A stretch of 64,000 nt of DNA from a virus: the IMG/VR virus record IMGVR_UViG_3300037882_004081, positions 38,729 to 102,728 of that record; one strand, 5' to 3'. Each line of letters opens with the position of its first letter. The stretch's first letter is position 1. Positions 8,431 to 18,655 of this stretch are shown here, in pieces. The notes under the pieces were generated by a model that saw only the letters and a list, made by a program, of their open reading frames with translations, was not told where the DNA came from and did no database searches. The translations under genes were made by a program, and so were the position numbers.

Positions 8431-11159
8431 CAGTAGATACCAATGCTCATGGAGGCGGCGGTCGGGAACGTTCCCGCCGAATATGAAGCGAGTTGCTGGC
8501 CAGTCGGGAATGTGAATGGAGTGGCCAGCGGCACAGTGCCCTGGATTGCGCTGATCAATGACGAAGAAACAGTCTGACTGAAGACATCGGTGATGTCGTA
8601 GAGCTGCACCAAAATGCCATCGCCGCTACCCTCTCCGGTGTGCCATACCGAAGCTCCCTCTGTCCACGTGATGCCGGTAACGCCCGTCATATCAACTGGC
8701 ACCGTCTGCACCAACACTCCGTCTTCACGAACACGCGTGTTCCTCATGCCGGTACCACCGCCAGTGTAGGCCAACTGTCCAGCCGCCAAATAGTGGATCA
8801 CATCGCTAGTGAGCGCGAATGCCCCGAAAATCGCCCCGGCTACCGTGTCACTGTATGGAAGAGTGCCAGTACCATCAGCCACACCGCCATATTCCGGTGT
8901 TCCCGTCGAATACCAGACCATGCGAATGACACCGGGAGAGGCGTCTGCTCGCACTTCGATTTTGAATGGGTTGGTACGCGACATCCTGCCGAACTTGACC
9001 CCATTCAGCGCTGACATCGTCACATTCTCCGTGGAAACCAGCGTATAAGACCCCAGCACGTAGTCGTAAATGCTGAAGGTGAGCATCGAGGTGACGGTAA
9101 TCTGCATGGAGGAACTGTGGTTGGTTGATCCAGCCCACTGTTCCCCGGTAGCATATGCAGTACCAGCGGACCTCCGATAGATCACGACAAACCCGTCGGT
9201 CTCAGTCGTCCCGTCCACGATCACCGCTGTCCCACTGTCCTCATTGACGTATCCAGATGAACCAAAGTGAAGGATGTAGTACGGAATGACAGGATCGCTT
9301 TCGCTGTAAGAGCCAGTGAGTTCCCACTCCACCTCCAGATCCCGCCCGGTGTGCTCGGGCGGTTGGGTGTAGACATCCGAACCAAATAGGAGACTCGAAA
9401 TTCCTCCGGGTGGCTCTCTCAGAATTGGTGCCTCGACGAGAGACTGCGAAATCGCGTTCCTAGATCTTCCCGATCTGTCTTCCAATAAGAGGATCGAGTC
9501 CCCGTCATCGTATACCGCACCAAGGCAACTCGCATCTAGCCAAGCAACCAAAGCGTCAGTGGTGGTCTCGGGCACCTGGATGTCGAGAAGCTCGCACATT
9601 TCGGTGTTGCATCCTTCGAGCGTGCAATAGTCGATCGAGCTACCGGGCACATTTTGCGACCCCGAATCACGACAATACCCGCGCACCAAGTCGATAGCCC
9701 CATCGACGTTGCCCTCTTCGCCGTTGTTGAGCACGATGTCAACCGGGTATCCGTGTTCGGGGATTTGGGACGCTGGGATGGTGACGACCCCTATCTGCAT
9801 CACGTAGTTGCCAGACCGATTCTGTGTGATAGGGGCAGACAGCGCCACCTCCCACGTCGAGGTGTTGCGGGGTCTTGGCCAGGACAGAAGCAGAGGACTG
9901 TTGGCAATCAGGAACGCGGGGGACGCAGCAACCTTGCTATCCTGGTTCCTCGACTGTGATGCGTCGAGCAACTGAGGTACAGGTATGCAGATGTGCGAAA
10001 GCGGACTGTACAGCCCAGATACGACCGCATTCCAAGTTTCAACCGGACAGATCCTCGTGCCCCACTTTTCCGGGGTAAGTGCAAACGGTCGACAGTTAAC
10101 GATGATGGAGCTAGCGGGCGACGAACTTGTGACTAACACCACCTCCCTAATTTCAAGAGCATCCCACGAGTCTGAGATCGAAGGCGACAGAAGCGTCATC
10201 ACGATCACATTGTCGCCGCTCTTGATTTGGTCAGTCACGTCCAGCACGCTCCCGCTGAACCACGCCAAATAGTGTCCGTTGAGAATGAACTGAACTGACT
10301 GTGTGCCTTCCCAGTTGGCACCACCGGAACCAGTCAGGAAATACCGGTAGTCGCTGTTCTTGGTCGGCACCCCGCCTTGTTCATTCGGGAAGTCCTCCAG
10401 ATTGAAGGTGACCGGAGCGGGTGCAGTATCGACGCCAGCGTCGAAGAGGTCGAGCCCACCTTCCGCAGACCGATATGACCACTGGTTCTCGGGAATGCTA
10501 TCGGGGAACTCACTGTCTGATCTCCGCACCACCATCTGCTGATTTGGATAATATGCCGGGTCGGAGTCATCGGGTTCCAGTGCCACCACGCCGAACATCG
10601 AGTTCCATGATTCGAGCCGGTAACCAACAATCGCGGATTCATCGGGACCCCAGTAAGATGGGAGTGCGTGGGTCGCGTAGATGAACCCTTCTGGCCACAG
10701 GTGGGAAGCGGTGAAGGAGTGGGATGGGACCGTCAGGACCGTCGTCTGCTGCCAGACAAGTTCCAGAAGGGCATCTCGGAGCCCGTCTAGCCGTTCGGGG
10801 ATCGAGCTACCGGGGGCAGCGAACGGAAGGCTTCCTGGGTCAACAGGAAGCCAAGAAGACCGGTCTAGCCATAATGGCGCAATCGCAATAATGGCGGACT
10901 GAACGTCATCGAGCCACGCAGACCATATCGAGACGTCGGAAGCCCCCTCTGCTAGCACCTGCTCGTAGTTTACCTCCGGCATCACTGTTCCACCCAATTC
11001 GGTGGTAGGCACCGGAACACCAAGTGCGGCGTTGCGTTCCAGCAACCCGCACCACACCGCCACTGCGGCTCGCCAGTCAACCCGACCACCCGGACCCCAC
11101 CCCGCAGCACGAATGCGGGGTCTGGATGGCTGTTGATGAATGGGCGAGTTCGCGTCCAC
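8430..11159 (-). CDS. Large tail-associated protein with N-terminal half of a LamG/ConA-like domain
   Basis: LVAWLDAS...DDGD...EDRSG..RNA...AP motif; 909 aa, beta-rich. Confidence 0.55.
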   Translation of the reverse strand: MDANSPIHQQPSRPRIRAAGWGPGGRVDWRAAVAVWCGLLERNAALGVPVPTTELGGTVMPEVNYEQVLAEGASDVSIWSAWLDDVQSAIIAIAPLWLDRSSWLPVDPGSLPFAAPGSSIPERLDGLRDALLELVWQQTTVLTVPSHSFTASHLWPEGFIYATHALPSYWGPDESAIVGYRLESWNSMFGVVALEPDDSDPAYYPNQQMVVRRSDSEFPDSIPENQWSYRSAEGGLDLFDAGVDTAPAPVTFNLEDFPNEQGGVPTKNSDYRYFLTGSGGANWEGTQSVQFILNGHYLAWFSGSVLDVTDQIKSGDNVIVMTLLSPSISDSWDALEIREVVLVTSSSPASSIIVNCRPFALTPEKWGTRICPVETWNAVVSGLYSPLSHICIPVPQLLDASQSRNQDSKVAASPAFLIANSPLLLSWPRPRNTSTWEVALSAPITQNRSGNYVMQIGVVTIPASQIPEHGYPVDIVLNNGEEGNVDGAIDLVRGYCRDSGSQNVPGSSIDYCTLEGCNTEMCELLDIQVPETTTDALVAWLDASCLGAVYDDGDSILLLEDRSGRSRNAISQSLVEAPILREPPGGISSLLFGSDVYTQPPEHTGRDLEVEWELTGSYSESDPVIPYYILHFGSSGYVNEDSGTAVIVDGTTETDGFVVIYRRSAGTAYATGEQWAGSTNHSSSMQITVTSMLTFSIYDYVLGSYTLVSTENVTMSALNGVKFGRMSRTNPFKIEVRADASPGVIRMVWYSTGTPEYGGVADGTGTLPYSDTVAGAIFGAFALTSDVIHYLAAGQLAYTGGGTGMRNTRVREDGVLVQTVPVDMTGVTGITWTEGASVWHTGEGSGDGILVQLYDITDVFSQTVSSSLISAIQGTVPLATPFTFPTGQQLASYSAGTFPTAASMSIGIY

Positions 11160-11166
11160 TCCAGAC

Positions 11167-12585
11167 CTACCTGCCTCCGGAGATTTGGCTCAGTTCATCC
11201 TGAAGAGCATCAAGGTCCGGACCGGCGTACCCAAAGGCACCACCGGCAGCGGGTTGGGACTGCTCAGCGGCTTGGAGGTCAGCGATGGTGCGAGCCACGG
11301 TGTCCTCGACTTCGTCGGATTCACCATCTTGGCCTTCACCACTTTCCTCGTCACCTTCCGTATTACCCCAGGCGCTGATGTCCCCGGTAATGCAGGTTCG
11401 CTGCCAATCGAGCAGCGCCAGCCAGCACGGGCTCTTGGGATTCATGGCGGCATACTGGTTTTTGTCGGGGAACTGCTCCATGAACACATCCGGCCACTCC
11501 TTGCGAGTGAACTTTGGTGCCCCAGGAATTTGGCGACGCTGACCCTCTTCGAACGTGTAGAACGTGTAAACGCCATTCGCGCCGTCAATCAGCTTGATGG
11601 AACGAAGTGCTTCCCACGTGGTCCACAAATCGGAGAGACCCGACGCGTACTTGCCGTGCGATTGGTAGGTCAGAACAAGCTCCAAACGCCGTTCCGGCAT
11701 GAACAGCCGGTTTTTGACGATCGAAGCCCGCACCACGTGCCCGTTGCTGGGCGGCTTGGGCTTGTCGGAGGACACCGTAGGCGAGGTCTTCCCGTTCTGC
11801 ATCCAATAGCGCTGGGCATACTGAAGGTGAATCCGGTAGTCTTGCCGGTGGTGGAACGCATGACCACCGGGACTTTTGATGTCACCCGGCGATTCGAGGT
11901 TTTCCCGCGCCTCGTTGATCCACATGAGGAACGCGTTGGTCTTATCGAGCATCGTACGAACCTCGTTGATCGTCTGTGATAAGATCGCCGGGATTTCGCT
12001 GTACTGCGACTTCTGACCTAGCTTGGTCGTATCCTCAACCCGCTTTTTAGGGTCGAAGCTGGCCAAACTGTCAATCAGGATGAAGAGCGGTTCCGGCGTC
12101 TTTTCCTTGTACAGCTTGAGCATCAGCTTGAGCAACGATGCGATCAGCGACTCCAAGGAGTGTGGACGCGCAATGACCATGCGCGGGTTGGCAGAGTCGC
12201 GAGCCCCCAGGATATGAGGCTTGCTGACCAGAAGCTCTTCCATGAGAGCCCGCTCCTTGTCGTAACACATCGCGAGGCTGAACCGTTCGCGGAGTTGATA
12301 CAGGAACCGGTCCAGCACCAGCTGTGACAGTTCCGACTTGCCGGACTTGTTGACCCCATAGACTTCGGCCATTTTGGTGGCACCGAATCCACGCCCCAAC
12401 TTGTCGATCGCCAAGTCGAGACAGGCGAGTCCGGAGCGGAAGTGATAGGGTGGTTCAAGGATTGTGATTTCCCCGTTCCAGTGTTCGGCGGTGTCCATCT
12501 TGCCGACAAAGTCGAGCGATTTGAACACACTGCCACGCGTTTCCTCGCCTGCCGCCTTTTTGGCGGCTGCTGTTTTAGAAGCCAT
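11167..12585 (-). CDS. recA: RecA/UvsX-like recombinase
   Basis: SG...LDLAI, Walker A YGVNKSGKS, Walker B ILIDSLA, INEAR, PGGHA, IVKNR. Confidence 0.9.
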   Translation of the reverse strand: MASKTAAAKKAAGEETRGSVFKSLDFVGKMDTAEHWNGEITILEPPYHFRSGLACLDLAIDKLGRGFGATKMAEVYGVNKSGKSELSQLVLDRFLYQLRERFSLAMCYDKERALMEELLVSKPHILGARDSANPRMVIARPHSLESLIASLLKLMLKLYKEKTPEPLFILIDSLASFDPKKRVEDTTKLGQKSQYSEIPAILSQTINEVRTMLDKTNAFLMWINEARENLESPGDIKSPGGHAFHHRQDYRIHLQYAQRYWMQNGKTSPTVSSDKPKPPSNGHVVRASIVKNRLFMPERRLELVLTYQSHGKYASGLSDLWTTWEALRSIKLIDGANGVYTFYTFEEGQRRQIPGAPKFTRKEWPDVFMEQFPDKNQYAAMNPKSPCWLALLDWQRTCITGDISAWGNTEGDEESGEGQDGESDEVEDTVARTIADLQAAEQSQPAAGGAFGYAGPDLDALQDELSQISGGR

Positions 12586-12608
12586 AACCTGTTAGTGTGT
12601 GGGTTGGC

Positions 12609-13667
12609 TTACTCCGCGCCAGTAATGGCAGCGAGTTCTTTGAGCAGCGAGAGGTTGGTTCCGGAACCATCACCCATTGGAATCTGGTCCGCCTCCATGG
12701 CGGCAGCGGAAGCTGCCGGTGGTGCTGGATTGGAAACGGCGGCGGTACGGCTCGGAGGGAGCGTTGGAGCGGTCCGTGGTGGTCCGGCCTCACCGGGCAT
12801 CCGGAACGCCATTCCACCCGTAGCTCCACGGGAAGATCCGGGACCGGAACCACTGAGTTCGGAACGGTTGCCACGATCGCGGCGACCAGCCCTCACATCG
12901 TCCACGAGTTTATCGAAGCTCGCTTGAAGCATCGGTTGCTGTTCCAGCATTTGGTCGAGCAGGAACTTCTCCAGATCGGTCGCCGAACTGAGGATGTTCT
13001 GGATGTCGGGCGGGGTGCTGGCGATCGGAGATGGGGCCTGCAGGGTGAACATGAAGGTGTTATGCCCCTGACCGTTTTTACCACGGATCATTTCGAGGTC
13101 CGATCCGTTCACCGGATGAATGAAGTCGTCCTTCGCGTTGGTGACGCGGTCGATGTAAAGCGTGATGAGTTCACGGAAAGCAGCACGGTGGGCGAACCAC
13201 TTGAGCACCACCCCATCAACTTTGACGTTCATGAGGTTGGCCTCTTGGAAGTTGAGGTTCCGTTTGAGACCGGCTTGAGCGAAGTCGTTTTTGATGACAT
13301 CGCGGCGTTCGCAGAACGGGCAGTGGGTGGCCAGTGTGCTTCCACCTTCAAAGTCGCGATTCCCGGCCTTGCCGCGAAGCTCCTGATTGATGGGACAGAG
13401 GAACGCGATGTCCATCGGATCGCGACCGGGTTCAGGTGGGCGAGGATCGGGAGCCCAGTGTTGAACGAGTGGGATGTGAAACTTCTTGCCAATGGAACCG
13501 AAGCTTCCGGGAAGCACGCGGATCAAGTACTTCTTACCTTCAATGGGCTTGAATACGTCCTGATCGCCTTGAGCGGCTGCTTTGTCTCCGCCGTATGAGG
13601 CGAGAAGCTCTGGATCAATGCCGAGTGCTTCGGCGGCGGCGAGTTGTTCTTTTGTGAAGTGTTGCAT
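12609..13667 (-). CDS. Single-stranded DNA-binding protein, T4 gp32-like
   Basis: FKP..GK..IRVLP, H..C..CPFC Zn ligands, DFIHPVNGSDL; low-complexity C-terminal tail; adjacent to RecA. Confidence 0.8.
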   Translation of the reverse strand: MQHFTKEQLAAAEALGIDPELLASYGGDKAAAQGDQDVFKPIEGKKYLIRVLPGSFGSIGKKFHIPLVQHWAPDPRPPEPGRDPMDIAFLCPINQELRGKAGNRDFEGGSTLATHCPFCERRDVIKNDFAQAGLKRNLNFQEANLMNVKVDGVVLKWFAHRAAFRELITLYIDRVTNAKDDFIHPVNGSDLEMIRGKNGQGHNTFMFTLQAPSPIASTPPDIQNILSSATDLEKFLLDQMLEQQPMLQASFDKLVDDVRAGRRDRGNRSELSGSGPGSSRGATGGMAFRMPGEAGPPRTAPTLPPSRTAAVSNPAPPAASAAAMEADQIPMGDGSGTNLSLLKELAAITGAE

Positions 13668-13718
13668 ATGTGGTGTTTCAGTTACGATTTGGTCTTGTTG
13701 TTCGATTTGGTCTATTGG

Positions 13719-13743
13719 GTCTATTTTCGGCCCAGACAGGCCG
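13719..13743 (-). promoter_or_regulatory. Candidate H-type RNA pseudoknot in SSB 5' leader (gene-32-like operator)
   Basis: mRNA CGGCC-U-GUCUG-GGCCG-AAAA-UAGAC: stem 1 CGGCC/GGCCG, stem 2 GUCUG/UAGAC. Confidence 0.6.
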
Positions 13744-13781
13744 GATTCAACAGAACGCCCACCGCAAGCACCACATGTGTG

Positions 13782-14279
13782 TTAGCGTGACCTCAAATCG
13801 GTGCGCCGATCGGCACCCCACGAAATCAGCATGCTGTGCCTGATCTGCAACCCTACCAAACCAGCTTTGAGTGCACCTTCAACCTTCTCCCACTGCCACA
13901 AGCTTTCATAGGCTTCGATGACCTTCGGGCGAATGGGAAGCTGGCGATTCACAAACGCATCGGTGACCCTGATCCCGCTAGTTTGGAAGTAGTGGTCACG
14001 GAGCCAGTTCGATTCTTCCGCTTCCACACGTTTGATCCAACGCTCGGATGCCTTCACCTGCAATTCGGCAAGCGTCACCTGATACTGTAAAGTGGCCTGC
14101 CATTCCGCTTGATTCGCGTAAGCTTGGTCGAGATTGTCCGGGTTGAGCGTGAGCAACTCCCGGAGAGGAATTTGCATGCTGGGCTCAATCGTCAGAGGAA
14201 CCGGGATGAGTTCTGGTGCGGGTCTCATTCCCGCTTCGGTATAGACGTTCATGCTACTGTTAGTGATTTTCGCCACCAT
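13782..14279 (-). CDS. UvsY-like recombination mediator
   Basis: Helical 165-aa protein, L.LN..NL...Y..Q pattern, located between helicase and SSB/RecA. Confidence 0.5.
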   Translation of the reverse strand: MVAKITNSSMNVYTEAGMRPAPELIPVPLTIEPSMQIPLRELLTLNPDNLDQAYANQAEWQATLQYQVTLAELQVKASERWIKRVEAEESNWLRDHYFQTSGIRVTDAFVNRQLPIRPKVIEAYESLWQWEKVEGALKAGLVGLQIRHSMLISWGADRRTDLRSR

Positions 14280-15868
14280 GGCGGGAAGAACCTGCGTGAC
14301 CTCTCATAGAAGGTCTTGAAGTTCTCGTCAAGGATGATCGAAACGCCCCAGTCATCATTGCTCCGCACCACTCGCCCACAGGCTTGCACGATGGTCTTGG
14401 CGATGGTCCAGTCGTACCAGTCGGGGTCAACCTGTTTGCGGCGTCTCACCCAGGAGTCACCGAGGTATGGGTACGGCACCTTCGCGATCACCGAGAACCT
14501 TCCTTTATCACCCTTAAGGTCGATACCTTCGGTCGCACTCGGACTGATGAGCACACCGGCTGGCGTCATCTGGTGGCGCATGGTGACCGAAGCGGCGTTG
14601 TCATTGGGGACGTGCAACACCAACCGGTCGATGTAGCCGAGGGATTTGAGCCCCGCAAAGATCTTCGCGGCCAGCGCAAAGCTGTGCGTGTGGATCACAC
14701 CCCTCATGCCGTTGAACTGGTTGTCGAGCAATCGCGCCAGAGCCGTGATCATCTTGGGCAGTGTGTCCGCCATCATTTCCTTGCTCATCTTGCCGACGGG
14801 CGCATAGTAAACGGGTCGGTTGCTAACTTCGAACGGGGAGTCCAAAACCATCGAGCTATGATGCTCAAGACCGAGCCACCCCGCCATCAACTGGGAATCC
14901 AACACTGTCGCACTCGTCATGAACAAGTTGTACTGTTTTTGCAGACCCTTGAAGGCGAATTGGATGCCGAGCGGCTTGAGCCGGAATCCCGCGTAATACT
15001 CCTGCTGGTCATCCTCGTACTCAAGGTCAAGCACCCAGTCGTCCCCCTCTTCAATAGACTCCAGGATCGTGTTGGCTTGGTGGACGAACGTGGAGCACCG
15101 ATCAAGGGTGGTGGCAGCAGCTTGGTCAAGTGGGGTGTCAGAGGTTTCCTCTTGGAGCGAAAGAAGCTCCACGATCGCGGTCGCCTTTGGTAAGTGTAGT
15201 CGGAGAAGCGCGTAAGCCTCTTCCTCCGTCCGCGGTAGTCCGGGTTCCTCGCCCCAACACTTGGTGACCTGTGACCTCACGAAGATCGTTGACACGTCGG
15301 CCAGCGCAGTCGGGAGGTGGTGAAACTCGTCAAACAGCAACCACGAGTGAGGTGGGTGCTGTGCCTTCAGGTAGTTGAGCAGGAATGCGTAGTTGGTGAG
15401 TCCAATCCGAGAATTCAGGAACTGATTCCTCGCGATCACGTATGGACAAAACGCCATATCCTTGTCGATCTTTTTGCACGCCGTCTTACCGGTCTTGCAG
15501 TTCCTGATTTCTCCCTGCGTCGTGCCACGGTTGTTGCAGATATAGTTCTGCGCACCCTTCAGGAGCCTCATCTCCTGGATTTCCGCTTGGTACTGCTCCT
15601 GCAGCTGGATTGTGGGAGTGACGACAATCCCGCGTTGCCAAGTCGCTATGGAACTGGTCAGACGGCTCTTACCAACCCCACACGGGGCTTCCAGGATCAA
15701 AACCGGGCGTTTGGTGGGGTCTGATTCCTTCAGCGCCTTGACTTCCCCGCTGATCCACTGGAGTGCGGATACCTGAGTATCGCGTGGTGGCTGATCAAAA
15801 GTCCATTCGATTTCGGTACCTTCAACGAATTGCTTGGTGGGTTGGGCGGGTGGTGGTAACTCGTTCAT
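14249..15868 (-). CDS. DinG/YoaA-family (XPD-like) Fe-S DNA helicase
   Basis: EAPCGVGKS, KG..NY.C..C..C..CPY, FDEFH, TSAT, EGIDLKGD, KVPYP, QACGRVVRS.DDWG. Confidence 0.9.
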   Translation of the reverse strand: MNELPPPAQPTKQFVEGTEIEWTFDQPPRDTQVSALQWISGEVKALKESDPTKRPVLILEAPCGVGKSRLTSSIATWQRGIVVTPTIQLQEQYQAEIQEMRLLKGAQNYICNNRGTTQGEIRNCKTGKTACKKIDKDMAFCPYVIARNQFLNSRIGLTNYAFLLNYLKAQHPPHSWLLFDEFHHLPTALADVSTIFVRSQVTKCWGEEPGLPRTEEEAYALLRLHLPKATAIVELLSLQEETSDTPLDQAAATTLDRCSTFVHQANTILESIEEGDDWVLDLEYEDDQQEYYAGFRLKPLGIQFAFKGLQKQYNLFMTSATVLDSQLMAGWLGLEHHSSMVLDSPFEVSNRPVYYAPVGKMSKEMMADTLPKMITALARLLDNQFNGMRGVIHTHSFALAAKIFAGLKSLGYIDRLVLHVPNDNAASVTMRHQMTPAGVLISPSATEGIDLKGDKGRFSVIAKVPYPYLGDSWVRRRKQVDPDWYDWTIAKTIVQACGRVVRSNDDWGVSIILDENFKTFYERSRRFFPPWWRKSLTVA

Positions 15869-16218
15869 GCGCTGGGGACTTGCTGGGTATCCGTCATGAC
15901 TCTGGACATGTTAGCGCCGAACGCTTTGCCAAGCTGCTTGAGCAGCGCATACCCGTTGTCAACCGGAGTTCTGAGCACCTGAACAGCCGACATGAGTCGA
16001 TAGGCGACCAGAATAAACGTCAGGAGTGCCAGCCAAATGCTTATCCCAACGAACAGGAGAGACCACAGGACAGCATTGAGAGGTTGGATGATGTTGGTGA
16101 TACCCATCACGACCGTCACCGGCACTGGAAACAGCACGAGAGCGGTGAGCAGCAAAAGCCCTATCTCAAGCCAGTTGTAGGGTTTGTAGGGTATCGCGGA
16201 AATCGGCGGTTCTTCCAT
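15865..16218 (-). CDS. Two-TM membrane protein
   Basis: Two long hydrophobic segments. Confidence 0.6.
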   Translation of the reverse strand: MEEPPISAIPYKPYNWLEIGLLLLTALVLFPVPVTVVMGITNIIQPLNAVLWSLLFVGISIWLALLTFILVAYRLMSAVQVLRTPVDNGYALLKQLGKAFGANMSRVMTDTQQVPSA

Positions 16219-16232
16219 ACTGGACAAGAACA

Positions 16233-18638
16233 CTACGCCAAGGCGGCATTCCCATTCTCATCCATACGGGCTTGAGACCGTTTTTCTAGCATCACTAAGG
16301 TAACGAGTGGCTCAATGAGACGGGCGAACAAACGCTCTTGGGAATCGTATTGCTGCTGACGGGTGGTCGCCTCACGTGCCATACGGTCGCTGTCTCGGGA
16401 CGCTTGTTCAAGTCCCAGTTCCTGTCCCGGTACGGTACGGCTGAATGACGCCAAGGTCTCCGTTTGGTCACCGAACAACGAGGCGTCGATAGCCTTGGAA
16501 CGCTGGAACTCCATGAAGCGCTCCACCGAGCCAGTCCACCCTTCCGCGTCAGCCTCCTTCGAGATCGCGCCACTCCGCACCAGTTCCTCCGCCGTCGGGT
16601 CCTTGCCGCTCATGATGCCGAGATAGGCGGCACGGTTCAGAGCACCAAAGTTCTTCGGTGAGTACCCAGCATCCACCATGCGCTTGATCAGATCCGAACG
16701 GCGGCGATTCAGATCGGAGAACGGCACCGCTCCCTTGCCCGCGAAGTATTTGCCATCCTTGGAGAACTTCCGTGCCATGTCGTCTCGGAACGCCATGTCA
16801 CGTTGCATCGCCGAGTTGTTCTCCGCAATGATCTCCTGCCCCTTGGCTTCCGTGTACATCGACGAAAGCTCAAGACCCACCGAACCAATCGTTGCCCCCG
16901 ACATGGCGGCACCTGCTATCCCGGCTTTACCGGCGAATGAAGCGCCGAGGCGACCAGCAAGCTGACCCAACAAACCGCGCCCAGCGGCTCCCCCGGCTGC
17001 AGTGGCTGCCGCGCCACCTACCGCCCCGGCGCTACCTGCTGCCGCCGCTGATGTCCCAGCACCACTCGCCGCTGCGGTGAGCGCTCTCGCGCCACCTCGT
17101 GTGAATAGACCAGAAGCCCACCCACCGAGACCGCGCAATCCACCCATTGCCGAGGAACCCAGGCGACCAATCCCAGCTTTTCCACCGAGTGACATCAGCG
17201 CCTTACCACCCGCTAGGGCACCCTTGGCGGCACCCAACCCTAGAATGGCACTAATAGCCGGGTTTTCGCGGACCATCTGAATGATGGTGCCAAGCTTCCG
17301 GTTTTCATCGAAGATTTCCTGCAGCCATGGAGGAATTGCGTTCGCCACTTCCGCTCTCATCGCGTCCACCCGCTCGTCGGCGCTTGTGATCTCCGGTACC
17401 AACGCCGAAGCAGATTGAGCAGTCAGCACGTTCCCACTGGGCTTCGAGGACTCCGCTTGGCGAACCTTTTGACCAGCCAACAGAGACTCACCCAAATCGA
17501 GGTCTCCGGGAAGCGATGAGGCCACTTGCTGAGCGGTGAGCAAGCGCATCGTTTCCGAGTTGCTCATGGTGTCACCACGATTCTGTTTGCTGAGAAGTGC
17601 CTGATAGTCCCCTCCGGTCATGCCCTGGCTCCGCAATACGCCCTTCGCGTAAGCTTCGTCCATTGCGGCGGCTTTTTGCTTTGCCACTAGCCCCGTGCCC
17701 CGGTGGGCGTTGATCCAATCGAGCGTTGACACCCCGGCAAAGCTCGCTTGGACGGCAGCTTCCCCGAACCTATCCATGCCCTTGGTACCAAGGAGTTTGC
17801 TCGTGTACTTGCCGAAGTCTTGCGCTGATCTTTCAATGGTGGCGGCAGCAATCAACTGCTTCTTGAGGAATTCAGCCCGCGCAATCTGGTCCATGCGGAG
17901 CGTGTCCTCGAACGACTCCTGGATTGTCTGGATGGATTTTTGCGCCGACAACCCTTCGGAACCAAGCGACGACACCAGCGACATCACCTCCTCATATTGG
18001 TCGACATCCTGACGGAGCCCACCAAGCAGCAGACCCTGCAACGTCGCAATGTCACCAGCACTCGCGCCAGCGAGTTTCCCCGCACTGGCTGAGTTGCTCA
18101 ACCGGGATGAATCCGCGTCGGTGAGCACAGAAGCTTCCCCGCGACGAGTGGCGCGGAACACCCCCACTTGGCTCGCACGGATCGTGGCGGCGTCCGCGCT
18201 ACTCCACCCACCCTCTTTCGCGATCCTCTTGAGCTTCGCCGCTTCGGTGTTGATGAAAGTCCCGAGATTACCGAGTTCGTTTTGGAACGCCGCCGTACCC
18301 CGATAAGTCTTGCGCACCATGTCGCTCCACCCGATCGTGAGAGCCCCGATTTCGCCAGCCGCCTTTACCCCAGTACCGAATGCCACCGCCACCTTTTTCC
18401 AGGCATTTTCCACCCGCTCACTGAACCTGATGACGCTGGTAGCACTCGCAGTGGTGGTGCTATCCAGTTGGGTGATGGCAGCAGCAAGGCTGGAAGTGCC
18501 CTGGGTTGCGCTACGGCTCGCGCTGGTGATACCGGAAAAAGCTGCCGACACCTGACCACCCATGGCGGCGGAGGCAGCTTCGCCCCTTCTCATCTCCGTG
18601 ATGAGTTGGGACATGAATGAGTCTAGGATTCCGGCCAT
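16233..18638 (-). CDS. Tape-measure-like protein
   Basis: 801 aa, A/G/S-rich helical sequence with Gly/Ala hydrophobic stretch; TAGGTAT element upstream. Confidence 0.6.
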   Translation of the reverse strand: MAGILDSFMSQLITEMRRGEAASAAMGGQVSAAFSGITSASRSATQGTSSLAAAITQLDSTTTASATSVIRFSERVENAWKKVAVAFGTGVKAAGEIGALTIGWSDMVRKTYRGTAAFQNELGNLGTFINTEAAKLKRIAKEGGWSSADAATIRASQVGVFRATRRGEASVLTDADSSRLSNSASAGKLAGASAGDIATLQGLLLGGLRQDVDQYEEVMSLVSSLGSEGLSAQKSIQTIQESFEDTLRMDQIARAEFLKKQLIAAATIERSAQDFGKYTSKLLGTKGMDRFGEAAVQASFAGVSTLDWINAHRGTGLVAKQKAAAMDEAYAKGVLRSQGMTGGDYQALLSKQNRGDTMSNSETMRLLTAQQVASSLPGDLDLGESLLAGQKVRQAESSKPSGNVLTAQSASALVPEITSADERVDAMRAEVANAIPPWLQEIFDENRKLGTIIQMVRENPAISAILGLGAAKGALAGGKALMSLGGKAGIGRLGSSAMGGLRGLGGWASGLFTRGGARALTAAASGAGTSAAAAGSAGAVGGAAATAAGGAAGRGLLGQLAGRLGASFAGKAGIAGAAMSGATIGSVGLELSSMYTEAKGQEIIAENNSAMQRDMAFRDDMARKFSKDGKYFAGKGAVPFSDLNRRRSDLIKRMVDAGYSPKNFGALNRAAYLGIMSGKDPTAEELVRSGAISKEADAEGWTGSVERFMEFQRSKAIDASLFGDQTETLASFSRTVPGQELGLEQASRDSDRMAREATTRQQQYDSQERLFARLIEPLVTLVMLEKRSQARMDENGNAALA

Positions 18639-18642
18639 TACG

Positions 18643-18650
18643 ATACCTAT
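18643..18650. promoter_or_regulatory. Bidirectional TAnnTAT element (candidate late promoter pair)
   Basis: ATACCTAT reads TAGGTAT (-) 4 nt before ATG 18638 and TACCTAT (+) 5 nt before ATG 18656. Confidence 0.65.
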
Positions 18651-18655
18651 ACAGG

